The notes beneath the pieces are model-generated. The model did no database searches and had not been told where the DNA came from. It saw only the letters and a program-made list of their open reading frames with translations. Positions 20,223-29,749 of a stretch of 64,000 nucleotides of DNA are shown in pieces; positions within the stretch are counted from its first letter, which is position 1; each line of letters begins with the position of its first letter. The position numbers were made by a program, and so were the translations under genes. The DNA comes from Candidatus Eisenbergiella merdavium (GTDB lineage Bacteria; Bacillota; Clostridia; Lachnospirales; Lachnospiraceae): positions 82,756 through 146,755 of the forward strand of contig DWWS01000013.1 of NCBI GenBank assembly GCA_019119595.1. Direction: 5' to 3'.

Positions 20223-21932
20223 GTGTTCACAATGAAAAAAGGTTTTGTGCTTTTTCTGTGCCTGGTGTTGCTGATGGTGGGTTGTTCCACTGCCCCCGGC
20301 GAGGCGCCGCAAACCGTGGATTTGAGTTCTGAAACAGTCCCGTTTTATCGGGGCAGCATAGAAAATGTCTCTGAAATCACACTCTATTACAAGGATGGAC
20401 AAACGGATATTCCCTATGTCGATATGGATACGGTACGGGAAGTGGCGATAGATGCGCAGAGATATCTGGAGGACGACGGCTACCAGCTGACCATGGAGAC
20501 GGACGGCAAAGTGGTGGATTTTGTGCGCGAAAACGGCAGCCGGGCGTCCATTGATTTTGGCGAGGGTGCAATTTCCTGGGATGACTACAACCTGTTTACG
20601 ACTGCAAGCTACGCGCAGCAGCAGATGGATATTCTGTCGCATACCGGGCTGGATGAAAACGGGGAGCCGGAGCTCTTTCAGCGTGGCGATTCCTCCTTTG
20701 TGCGCCGGGGTGAAAGCATTGGGCTGTACTTTGCAGACTTCTTCATCGAACTGATATATGAGGACGGCAAGGGGTATATGCCTTTGCAGACCTTCTCCGA
20801 TTTGTTCCTGGCTTATTTTTATATCAATCTGGCATACAACGGAGAAGCGGTGTTTATGATTGAAGCGACCGATTTGGGTGACATGCGCGAAACCTACTAT
20901 TCCGTGGAGCCGCGTGAGCGCAGCGAGGAACTGGCCCGTTTCAATTATGTTGAAACCTGCCTGTCGCTGCAATTCAATTACGGCCTGAAAGACGAACACG
21001 ATATCCCGTCCTTCGGCACCTTGTTTGAGCTGACCGGTATAGACCAGGCGATGCAGAGTACAGACGCACTTGAGGCCAATGTGGCGCTCAGAGATGTGAT
21101 CAACGGATATATTGATGACCTGCACAGCAACTTCGTTTTCGCTTCTCCTTATGCCGGTGACGTAGCAGTTGAGCCGAATGTGCAATCCCTGTCCACCAAC
21201 CGACTCATAGGTCACGGCCAGCGCCTGATGGCGGTGGCAAGGGAGTACTTCCCGGATGGCATGCGTTTTTATCAGGAAATTGGCAATACGGCGTACATCT
21301 CCTTCAGCAGCTTTACCGCGGATTATGATAACGATTATTACGGCGCTTTGGAAAGCGGGGAACCGATTGCCGACACCATTGGGATCATCATGTATGCCCA
21401 CGCCCAGATTACCCGGGAAAACAGCCCCATTGAAAATGTGGTGCTGGATCTGAGCCTGAACACTGGCGGCGACGCGGATGCGGCCATTTATACAATAGCC
21501 TGGTTCCTGGGCGAATGCGACCTGACTTTGGAGGACGCCATCACCGGCGCCAGGTCGTCCACGAACTACAGGGTGGATGTTAATGGCGACCGCGTGTTTG
21601 ACGAAAACGACAGCATTGCCCACCTGAACCGCTACTGCCTGGTTTCACCTGTCAGTTTCTCCTGCGGCAATCTGGTGCCGGCGATCTTTAAGAGCTCCAA
21701 CCAGGTCACACTGCTTGGCCGGCAAACGGGCGGCGGCGCATGTGCGGTGCAGCCTCTGGTGAGTGCGGATGGTTCTATATGGCAAATATCCAGCCGCCTA
21801 CGCCTCAGCACTGTGACCAACGGTTCCTTCTACGCTGTGGACCAGGGCGTGGCGCCGGATGTCCTCATTGATAAGGACGAAAACTACTATGACCGCGAAG
21901 CACTCACCGAGTATATAAACAACCTGTTCTAA
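20223..21932 (+). CDS. S41-family peptidase lipoprotein
   Basis: Lipobox LMVGC, IDDLHS, VVLDLSLNTGG, SFSCGN, LLGRQTGGGAC. Confidence 0.8.
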   Translation: MFTMKKGFVLFLCLVLLMVGCSTAPGEAPQTVDLSSETVPFYRGSIENVSEITLYYKDGQTDIPYVDMDTVREVAIDAQRYLEDDGYQLTMETDGKVVDFVRENGSRASIDFGEGAISWDDYNLFTTASYAQQQMDILSHTGLDENGEPELFQRGDSSFVRRGESIGLYFADFFIELIYEDGKGYMPLQTFSDLFLAYFYINLAYNGEAVFMIEATDLGDMRETYYSVEPRERSEELARFNYVETCLSLQFNYGLKDEHDIPSFGTLFELTGIDQAMQSTDALEANVALRDVINGYIDDLHSNFVFASPYAGDVAVEPNVQSLSTNRLIGHGQRLMAVAREYFPDGMRFYQEIGNTAYISFSSFTADYDNDYYGALESGEPIADTIGIIMYAHAQITRENSPIENVVLDLSLNTGGDADAAIYTIAWFLGECDLTLEDAITGARSSTNYRVDVNGDRVFDENDSIAHLNRYCLVSPVSFSCGNLVPAIFKSSNQVTLLGRQTGGGACAVQPLVSADGSIWQISSRLRLSTVTNGSFYAVDQGVAPDVLIDKDENYYDREALTEYINNLF

Positions 21933-22050
21933 TTGTGGAGAGGCCGGGGCATGAATCAGGGAGACCACAATTTCCTCAGCGCGGCCCTGATGTATTGAGG
22001 CGCCCTGTATGCCCTTGTAGGAGGTCAGTAAGATTAATAAAGAAATTGAG

Positions 22051-22098
22051 AAACAGGAAAAGGGCAGTGGAAAGTAATCCACCGCTCTTTTCTTGTTT
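22051..22098 (+). terminator. Inverted-repeat terminator
   Basis: aaacaggaaaagggc...gctcttttcttgttt. Confidence 0.5.
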
Positions 22099-22144
22099 CA
22101 TTAAGGCACAGGGCTTTTTCTCTAAAAAAACGCCAGCCCGCATG

Positions 22145-22210
22145 CCATTCGTGCACCATAACATCCATTCGTGCAGAAACACCCCGCATCCCTTCCGTTT
22201 GTGCTATACT
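22145..22210 (+). promoter_or_regulatory. Direct-repeat operator (ccattcgtgca x2) plus extended -10
   Basis: Perfect 11-bp repeats at 22145 and 22165; TGCTATACT at 22202. Confidence 0.6.
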
Positions 22211-22383
22211 TTCCCTGCGATCAATCGGTCAATAACACGAGCCCCACCCAGAGCAGACCGCTCCGAAGGAAAACCCGCCGCTTCATACGGCGGGATAGAA
22301 AAGGCGGAGCAGGGACGACAAAAGAAGCAAGAGAGACAAAAAAGCGGGGACGAAAAAAAGAAGCGGGGATGGAAGGGACACGG

Positions 22384-24414
22384 ATGGAAAAGAAAAGAAA
22401 CCGGAAAACAGAGAGGAACCGGATAAGAGAACAGAAACAGGAAAAGGAACCGAAACAGGGAAAAAAGCAGCAGGGCTACGGCTTTGTGAGCAACGCCCTC
22501 TGGCACTGGAGGGAGCAGTTTACGAGGGAGCCCATGGCGGCCGTTTCGGTGCTGCTCCTTTCGGCAGTGGCGGTTGTTCTGCCGTTGCTGAACGCGCGCC
22601 TTCCCAAGCTGGTCCTGCAGGGGCTGGAGGAGCGCTGGGCGCTTTCCCGGTTTGCGGCGGGGCTTTTCCTGCTGGTTGCCGCGCTCGCCGCCGCCAACAT
22701 GCTGCAGGCGGCTCTGCGGGCTTATATGAGAAGGATGCAGGGGCCCTTTGAGGACGATTTCAATCTCCGGCTTCTGAAGAAAAGGATGCGGGTGGATTAT
22801 GAGCTTCTGGAGAGCCGCAGGTTCAATGAGGAGGCCCATGCGGTGTATGACTCCCTCTACCGGGCGCATTCCGTGGTGCGGGACAGTTCCATGATCTGGC
22901 AGCAGAGCCTGACCGCGGCGGGCGGGCTGGTGATCTACGCGCTGATCCTGTTTCGGCAGAATCCTGTCCTGCCGCTTCTGGTGCTGATTCCGGCCATGCT
23001 GGTCTTCCTTTTGAAACGGCAGGCAATGAAGCGGGATCATGTACTTCGTCCTGCGGCGGACGAGGCGTCGAGGAAGATGCGTTACGTGGAGGAACGGGGC
23101 TGGGATTTTCAGGCGGGAAAGGATATCCGCATGTATGATCTGGGCGGATGGCTGCTGGACATCCTGAAGCGGGAGCGCAGAGCGGGAGAGACCAGCGTGC
23201 GCCGTCTCGAGAACGGGTATCTTGCGGCCAATCTCTGCGATGCCGTGCTCTGCTTTATCCGGGACGCGGGCGCTTATCTTTATCTCATTTTTCAGATCGT
23301 GCAGGGAAGTCTGCCCGTTTCGGATTTTGTCTGGTACATCTCCATGGTGGCGGGCTGTCAGCAGGCCTGCGGCGGGCTTCTGGAAAACGGGGAGCTGCTT
23401 GGAAGGCTGAGCTTCGATTATTCCCGGCTGCGGCTGTTCCTGGAAGCCCCGGAAGGCGGCATTTTCCGGGAAAAGAGGGAAGACGCCGGGGAAGAGACCG
23501 GGGGAGAGACCGGGGAGGATGAGCAAAAGCACCGGCCCGGCGCACAGCCAAAGGCAGTCGGCATCGAGCTGGAGCATGTGAGCTTCACCTATCCGGGAAG
23601 CGGCGAGCCCACCCTGAAGGACCTGAACGTGACCCTCCGGCCGGGAGAAAAGATCGCGCTGGTGGGCTTGAACGGCGCGGGAAAATCCACGCTGGTAAAG
23701 CTTTTGTGCGGCCTTTACCGGCCCACGGAGGGCGCCATCCGGGTGGACGGAAGGCCCCTGTCCGACTATGGCAGGGAGGAATATTTTTCCCTGATCGCCG
23801 CGGTCTTTCAGGATGTGAAGCTGCTTCCCCTCACCATCGCCCAGAACGTGGCCTCGGAAAACACGGATGCCGTTGACAGGCAGCGGGTGAGACAGTGCCT
23901 GGCGCTGGCGGGGCTTCTGGAAATGGTGGACGGTCTGCCGCAGAAGGAGGATACGCCCCTGGGAAGAGGCGTACTGGACGACGGGATCGAGCTGTCCGGC
24001 GGAGAGCGGCAGAAGATGTGGATGGCGCGGGCTTTTTATAAGAACGCTCCGGTTCTGATCCTGGACGAGCCAACCGCCGCGCTGGACCCGCTGGCGGAGC
24101 AGGAGATCTATGAAAAATATGTGCGGATGTCGGAGGGGAAAACCTCCCTGTTCATTTCCCACCGGCTGGCGAGCACCCGCTTCTGCGACCGGATCCTGTT
24201 TCTGGAGAACGGCAGGATCACGGAGCAGGGAAGCCATGAGGAGCTGATGCGTAAAAAAGGCGCATACGCCCGGCTGTTCGAGGTACAGGGGAAATATTAC
24301 CGGAAGGACGGGCCGCCGGAGGAAGCGGCTGCGGATTCTGCGGCGGCTACGGGTTCTGCGGCTGCGGATTCTACGGCGGCTGCAGATTCTGCGGAAAGGG
24401 AGGTGCTTGCATGA
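22384..24414 (+). CDS. ABC exporter, fused permease/ATPase (subunit 1)
   Basis: GLNGAGKST, LSGGERQK, ILDEPT, ISHR. Start uncertain (22369 or 22384). Confidence 0.9.
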   Translation: MEKKRNRKTERNRIREQKQEKEPKQGKKQQGYGFVSNALWHWREQFTREPMAAVSVLLLSAVAVVLPLLNARLPKLVLQGLEERWALSRFAAGLFLLVAALAAANMLQAALRAYMRRMQGPFEDDFNLRLLKKRMRVDYELLESRRFNEEAHAVYDSLYRAHSVVRDSSMIWQQSLTAAGGLVIYALILFRQNPVLPLLVLIPAMLVFLLKRQAMKRDHVLRPAADEASRKMRYVEERGWDFQAGKDIRMYDLGGWLLDILKRERRAGETSVRRLENGYLAANLCDAVLCFIRDAGAYLYLIFQIVQGSLPVSDFVWYISMVAGCQQACGGLLENGELLGRLSFDYSRLRLFLEAPEGGIFREKREDAGEETGGETGEDEQKHRPGAQPKAVGIELEHVSFTYPGSGEPTLKDLNVTLRPGEKIALVGLNGAGKSTLVKLLCGLYRPTEGAIRVDGRPLSDYGREEYFSLIAAVFQDVKLLPLTIAQNVASENTDAVDRQRVRQCLALAGLLEMVDGLPQKEDTPLGRGVLDDGIELSGGERQKMWMARAFYKNAPVLILDEPTAALDPLAEQEIYEKYVRMSEGKTSLFISHRLASTRFCDRILFLENGRITEQGSHEELMRKKGAYARLFEVQGKYYRKDGPPEEAAADSAAATGSAAADSTAAADSAEREVLA

Positions 24415-26258
24415 AACGAAAGGGAAAATTGTTTCCAGACGCGCGGAAGGATATCCGGGTCTATCTGCGCATGATACGGCTGCTGAACCGGTATAATCCG
24501 GGCTGGCTGGTGCTCCTTCTCGGCGTGCTCATGGACGGCGCGCTGCCCTTTGTGGCGATCTGGCTGTCCTCCCTGCTTCTGGACGCGCTCTATGCGGGAC
24601 GGCCGGTAACGCAGATGATGGCCCTTGCCCTTGCGGGAGCGGGGGTGAGCCTGGTGATGACGGCCCTGAAGCATTTTTCCGTCCGCCAGAAAAATGTGAT
24701 GTGGTGGGGGATGCAGCACCGGATGGCGGAGCCTCTGATGCGAAAAACCATGGAGATGGATTACGCGCTGACGGAAAACGCCCGGGTGCGCGCCCTGCGG
24801 GCGAGGCAGGACGAGTACCGGAAAAAGGAGAGGGATGTGTTCGAGCGCTTCCTGGAGCAGCTTGAGCTGCTTCTTGCCGCCCTGGTACGGCTGATCTTTT
24901 CCGTGATCACGGTCTGGCCCTTCTTTGCGGGACAGCTATCCGGAGGAAGAAGGGAAACCGCTCTTTTCACCGCGGCCGCGGCGGCAGCCCTTCTGTTCAG
25001 CCTGCTCCTGAACCACTGGTCCGTCCGGAAGCAGGGAGCGAGAAGACAGGCCATCCATTTTGAGCACGAGGATGAAAACCGCCTGAATACCTACATGATG
25101 GACGAGGTGGTTCTGTCCAACGAGGCGGGAAAGGATATTCGCATTTTCCATCAGCAGAGGATGATGGAAAGCTACGGCGAGCAGATGAACCGCAACTGGC
25201 GGCGCATGACGCGGCAGTACGCGGCCAACGATATCCGGCATTTCGGCCTGCAGGGGCTTCTGTCCGCCTGCATGGGAGGCATTGTCTATCTGTACGTGGC
25301 CTTCTGCGCCTGGGCGGGGAGCATCAGCACCGGAAGCGTGGTGCGCTACGCGGGCGCGGTCTGGCAGTTCATCCAGGCGGCCACCGACCTTTCCGCCAGC
25401 TGGAACTGGCTGCACCATGACCGGATGCAGATGGACGAATATCTGGAGTATCTGGATCTGAAAAATGAAATGAAAAAGGGAACGATCCCCGTGGAAAAGC
25501 GGAAGGACGGCCGCTTCCTGGTGGAATTTAGAAACGTTTCCTTCCGCTATCCGGGATCGGAGCGCTACGCCCTCCGGAACCTGAACGTGCGGCTGAACAT
25601 CGGGGAGCGGATGGCGCTGGTGGGAAGGAACGGCTCCGGAAAGACCACCTTTGTCAAGCTGCTCTGCCGCCTGTATGACCCCACGGAGGGGACGATCCTG
25701 TTAAACGGCGTGGACATCCGCAAATATGACGAGCAGGAATACCGCAGGCTTTTTTCCGTGGTTTTTCAGGACTTTCAGATTTTTTCCTTTTCAATGGGAG
25801 AAAATATAGCGGGAAGCACCCGGGTGGATGAGGAAAGGGCGATGGACGCCATCCGCCGCGTCGGGCTGGAGGGGCTGTACCGGAAGCTGCCGGAGGGCCT
25901 TCGCACCATGCTCAACCGGGATTTCTCCGATACGGGAATGGAGATTTCCGGCGGGGAGGCGCAGAAGACCGCAATGGCGAGAGCCATCTACAAGGACGCG
26001 CCCTTCGTCATCCTGGACGAGCCCACCGCGGCTCTTGACCCGATCGCGGAAAACGAGATCTACACGGGCTTTCATGAGATCATCGGAAAAAAGACGGCCC
26101 TGTTCATTTCCCACCGCCTGTCCGCCTGCCGCTTCTCCAGGGAGATCCTGGTGTTTGAAAACGGAAATGTGGTTCAGCAGGGAAGCCACGAGACGCTGGC
26201 GGAAGAAGAGGGCCTGTACCGGAAAATGTGGCAGGCCCAGGCGCAGTATTACAGGTAG
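24411..26258 (+). CDS. ABC exporter, fused permease/ATPase (subunit 2)
   Basis: GRNGSGKTT, ISGGEAQK, ILDEPT; ATGA overlap with subunit 1. Confidence 0.9.
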   Translation: MKRKGKLFPDARKDIRVYLRMIRLLNRYNPGWLVLLLGVLMDGALPFVAIWLSSLLLDALYAGRPVTQMMALALAGAGVSLVMTALKHFSVRQKNVMWWGMQHRMAEPLMRKTMEMDYALTENARVRALRARQDEYRKKERDVFERFLEQLELLLAALVRLIFSVITVWPFFAGQLSGGRRETALFTAAAAAALLFSLLLNHWSVRKQGARRQAIHFEHEDENRLNTYMMDEVVLSNEAGKDIRIFHQQRMMESYGEQMNRNWRRMTRQYAANDIRHFGLQGLLSACMGGIVYLYVAFCAWAGSISTGSVVRYAGAVWQFIQAATDLSASWNWLHHDRMQMDEYLEYLDLKNEMKKGTIPVEKRKDGRFLVEFRNVSFRYPGSERYALRNLNVRLNIGERMALVGRNGSGKTTFVKLLCRLYDPTEGTILLNGVDIRKYDEQEYRRLFSVVFQDFQIFSFSMGENIAGSTRVDEERAMDAIRRVGLEGLYRKLPEGLRTMLNRDFSDTGMEISGGEAQKTAMARAIYKDAPFVILDEPTAALDPIAENEIYTGFHEIIGKKTALFISHRLSACRFSREILVFENGNVVQQGSHETLAEEEGLYRKMWQAQAQYYR

Positions 26259-26433
26259 TTCCAGCTCACTCGTCAGCCAGAATCAGAGCTGTAACTGCCA
26301 GTAAGCAGTATAACCCATAAGCTTGTTATTTCAGCCGCCGTCTGATACAATGGTGCCAGCGGCGGCTGATGTGGCTGCTGCGGCGATTGAGGACAGCGGC
26401 GTCTGCCGAAAACGGAAAGGAGAGGCCCGCAGC

Positions 26434-27150
26434 ATGAGGATCGCGGTCTGTGACGATGAAGAAATACAGCGCAGCCTGTTAAAAAGCTATCTGGAGGCGT
26501 GGGCCGAAGAGAAGGGCCGCGCCCTTTCCGTCACCCTTTTCGCTTCGGGAGAGGAATTCCTGAAAAGCTGGCAGGAGGCGCATTTTGACGTGGTGCTCCT
26601 GGATATTCAGATGCCGGATATGGACGGGATGAGCGTGGCAAGAAGGCTGCGGGAAACGGACGGACAGACGGGGATCTTTTTCGTGACGGGCTATGAGGAT
26701 TATCTGGTGCAGGGCTACGAGGTGGAGGCCTTCCGCTACCTGATCAAGCCCGTATCGGAGGAAAAGCTGCGGGAGGGACTGGAGCTTTTCCTGAAAAAAA
26801 GAGGCGGGGAAAAGCGGGTTCTCATGGTGGAGACACCGGAGGGAACGCGGCGTGTGGACGCGGACGGAATCTGCTATATGGAGGCCTTTGCCCACAGCTG
26901 CGAGCTGCATACCCTGACAGAGCTCGTCACGGTGAAAAGTGGAATCTCCGCGCTGGAAAAGGAAGCGGCGCGGCTGGGGATCCCGCTTTTTCGCTGTCAC
27001 CGCTCCTATGCGGTCAACATCGCGCAGATCAGGGCCATCGAGCGGGAGGCGGCCCTTCTTGCGGACGGGACGAGGATCCCGGTGAGCCGCAGGCTCTATC
27101 AGGAGCTGAACCGGCGGTTCATCGACTATTTTTTGAAAAAAGGACGGTAG
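26434..27150 (+). CDS. LytTR-family response regulator
   Basis: IAVCDDE, LLDIQMP, YLIKP, FRCHRSYAVN. Confidence 0.92.
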   Translation: MRIAVCDDEEIQRSLLKSYLEAWAEEKGRALSVTLFASGEEFLKSWQEAHFDVVLLDIQMPDMDGMSVARRLRETDGQTGIFFVTGYEDYLVQGYEVEAFRYLIKPVSEEKLREGLELFLKKRGGEKRVLMVETPEGTRRVDADGICYMEAFAHSCELHTLTELVTVKSGISALEKEAARLGIPLFRCHRSYAVNIAQIRAIEREAALLADGTRIPVSRRLYQELNRRFIDYFLKKGR

Positions 27151-27155
27151 GCAAT

Positions 27156-27956
27156 ATGGAGACGGTGGCGGCTTTGATCCTGGGACTGCTGCTTCTTGCG
27201 GCTGCGGGCGCAGCATTTCTGACTTTTCTTTTTTTCTGGATCCCCCGTCTGATGGACCGGAGGCTGGAGCATTTTCAGAGCGATCTCATGGACAGGCATT
27301 ATGACGAGGTGGAAAACATGTACCGCACCATGCGGGGCTGGCGGCATGATTACCACAATCATATCCAGGCGATGAAGGCCTACGCCCAGCTTGGGAAATA
27401 TGAGGAGCTGATCGCCTATCTTGGGCGGCTGGACGAGAACCTGTATCAGGTGGACACGATGGTAAAGACCGGGAACCTGATGATGGACGCGGTTCTTGGA
27501 AGCAAGCTGAGCCTGATGAAAAAAAGGGGGATCCGCACCGATGTGACGGTGCACGTGCCGGAAGAAATGCGGCTTACGGACCTGGAGCTGTGCGTGCTTG
27601 TGGGAAATCTGCTGGACAACGCCATCGAAGCCTGCGACGAGGTGGAGGAGGAGAACCGCTTCATCCGCATCTATATGGACACGCTGCAGGAGCAGTTTTA
27701 CCTTTCCATCATGAACGGGATGAAGGGAAAGGCCCAGAGGAAGGGCACGGGCTTTGTCAGCCGCAAGCGTGAGGGCGGGCTGCCCGGCTTCGGCCTGCAG
27801 CGGGTGGACCGGATCGTGGAAAAATACGGCGGCTATCTCAACCGGCAGACGGAGGATGGGGTGTTCGCCACGGAGATCCTGCTGCCGCTTGCGCGTCAGG
27901 CCCCCGTTCAGGAAGGACGCCGGGGCCCCTCTCAGGAAGGAGAAAGAAAAGAGTGA
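27156..27956 (+). CDS. Small GHKL (AgrC/LytTR-associated) histidine kinase with one TM helix
   Basis: RHDYHNH H-box, GNLLDNAIEA N-box, GFGL G-box. Confidence 0.88.
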   Translation: METVAALILGLLLLAAAGAAFLTFLFFWIPRLMDRRLEHFQSDLMDRHYDEVENMYRTMRGWRHDYHNHIQAMKAYAQLGKYEELIAYLGRLDENLYQVDTMVKTGNLMMDAVLGSKLSLMKKRGIRTDVTVHVPEEMRLTDLELCVLVGNLLDNAIEACDEVEEENRFIRIYMDTLQEQFYLSIMNGMKGKAQRKGTGFVSRKREGGLPGFGLQRVDRIVEKYGGYLNRQTEDGVFATEILLPLARQAPVQEGRRGPSQEGERKE

Positions 27957-28651
27957 AGAAAGAATACACTACGCTGCTTCTGGATATGGACGGGACGTTC
28001 CTGGATTTTGAGGCGGCCCAGAGAAACGCCTTCGATACGGCAATGGGGGCGCACGGCTATCCTGCCGGAGAAGCGGAGTACGCTTTATATGAAAAGATCA
28101 ATCACGGGCTGTGGGAGGCCTTTGAACGGGGAGAGATCGACAAGCCGACCCTGCTCTCCACCCGCTTTGCCAGGCTGTTTGAGGCCCTGGGAGCGGAGGG
28201 GGACGGAGCGGCCTTCGAGCTGGAATATCAGGCGCTTCTGGGAGAGGGCGCTCAGCTCATGGAAGGGGCGGAGGAGATGCTTTCCCTTCTGTCTGAAAAA
28301 TACCGCCTGTACGTGGTCACAAACGGCGTGGAGCGCACCCAGAGAAACCGGCTGAGAATGTCGGGGATCGACCGTTTCATGTCGGAGCTGTTCATTTCCG
28401 AGAGCGTGGGCTGGCAGAAGCCGCAGAAGGAATTTTTTGACTTCTGCTTCGCCCGGATCCCGGAAAAGGACAGGAGCCGGATGCTGATCGTAGGGGACTC
28501 TCTGACCTCGGATATCCAGGGCGGCTTCAACGCCGGGATCGATACCTGCTGGTTCAATCCCAAGGGAAAGCCCAGGCCGGAGGGATATGTGCGGGAGGGC
28601 TTTTCAGATTGGGAGATCAGGAGCCTGTACGAGCTGAGGGAGCTGCTGTAG
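27953..28651 (+). CDS. YjjG-like HAD-superfamily nucleotidase
   Basis: DMDGT, VTNG, KP, VGDSLTSDIQGG. Confidence 0.85.
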   Translation: MKKEYTTLLLDMDGTFLDFEAAQRNAFDTAMGAHGYPAGEAEYALYEKINHGLWEAFERGEIDKPTLLSTRFARLFEALGAEGDGAAFELEYQALLGEGAQLMEGAEEMLSLLSEKYRLYVVTNGVERTQRNRLRMSGIDRFMSELFISESVGWQKPQKEFFDFCFARIPEKDRSRMLIVGDSLTSDIQGGFNAGIDTCWFNPKGKPRPEGYVREGFSDWEIRSLYELRELL

Positions 28652-28697
28652 GCATTGCGGGCATTTTTTTCGTCCTCCTGCCGTGATCAGGCCGCGT

Positions 28698-29627
28698 TCA
28701 GCGGTCTGATCCGCTGCTTTCCTGCGGGCAGGCTGCCCGGGACTGCAGATAGGAAAGGAACAGCCTGGCCACAGCGGAGAGCCGGGCTGTTTTGCCGTAT
28801 ACCGCAAGAATGCTGGAGGTGAGCCGTTCGTCCCGGATGGGGAGAATATGGGTATGGGGATTTCGCAGAAAGCCGCGGGAGGAGGCGGGAATGATCCCGA
28901 CGCCGAGCCCGCAGTCCGCAAGCCTTGCGGTGGTCCTCGCGTCGTCGTTCAGGCAGAAGGGGGAGAGCGTCAGGCCGTCCTGCGCGGCCGCGTCCGCAAG
29001 CGGCTTTTCCCAGCGGCGGTAGAGGATGAGGGGAAGGCGGCAGAGCTGCTCCAGCGTGATCTCCTCTCCGGCTGCCCGGGCGGCCTCCGACCGGAATGCC
29101 TGTTCAAAATAGCGCCCGTCCCCGGCCGCAAGCAGCGTTTCCCGGCAGAGAGGAAGGGCCTGCAGGTTTTCCGCCTCAAAGGGCGTGCGCACGATGGCGA
29201 GCTCCAGAAGGTTCGCGCGAAGCTGCTCCAGAAGCTGATAGGTGTTTGCCTCGAACAGCTCGAAGCGGACGGAAGGATTATGCGCATGAAAATCCCGGAG
29301 CCATTCCGGAAGCAGGCTGCTTCCCACGGAGGAGACCACGCCCAGGCGCAGCGCCCCGGTCACGCCGTCCCGGCAGTCCAGCAGCTCTTTTCTGGTCACA
29401 TCCGCAAGCTCCAGCAGGGTGACGGCCCTTTCATATAAAAGCCGTCCCGCCTCCGTCAGGATGATCTTTCTCGGCCCCCGCTCAAACAGCAGGCAGCCGA
29501 ATTCCTCCTCCAGCTGCTTCATCTGCGCGCTCAACGGCGGCTGGGACAGATTCAGTTTTCTTGCGGCCCCGGAAATGGTGCCCTCCTTTACCACGGTGAC
29601 GAATTCATAAAGCTGTTTTAATTCCAT
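28698..29627 (-). CDS. LysR-family regulator
   Basis: ISGAARKLNLSQPPLSAQMKQLEEEFG HTH; divergent from the ABC pair. Confidence 0.92.
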   Translation of the reverse strand: MELKQLYEFVTVVKEGTISGAARKLNLSQPPLSAQMKQLEEEFGCLLFERGPRKIILTEAGRLLYERAVTLLELADVTRKELLDCRDGVTGALRLGVVSSVGSSLLPEWLRDFHAHNPSVRFELFEANTYQLLEQLRANLLELAIVRTPFEAENLQALPLCRETLLAAGDGRYFEQAFRSEAARAAGEEITLEQLCRLPLILYRRWEKPLADAAAQDGLTLSPFCLNDDARTTARLADCGLGVGIIPASSRGFLRNPHTHILPIRDERLTSSILAVYGKTARLSAVARLFLSYLQSRAACPQESSGSDR

Positions 29628-29749
29628 TTTTACTCTCCAAAATATATGAAAAAAATATGGAAACCATAGCAATATTATAATTTTCCTATATCAGAATTTA
29701 TGATACGATAAAAAACAGATACTGGCAATACGTAAGGAGGCAGAAGCGA

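Noticed and set aside
22204-24237. 677-aa antisense ORF, and similar ones at 20202-21623, 29762-31636, 36939-38603, 43763-45211 and 47072-48931
   Set aside because: Shadow frames opposite well-supported genes in GC-rich DNA, with no recognisable motifs.
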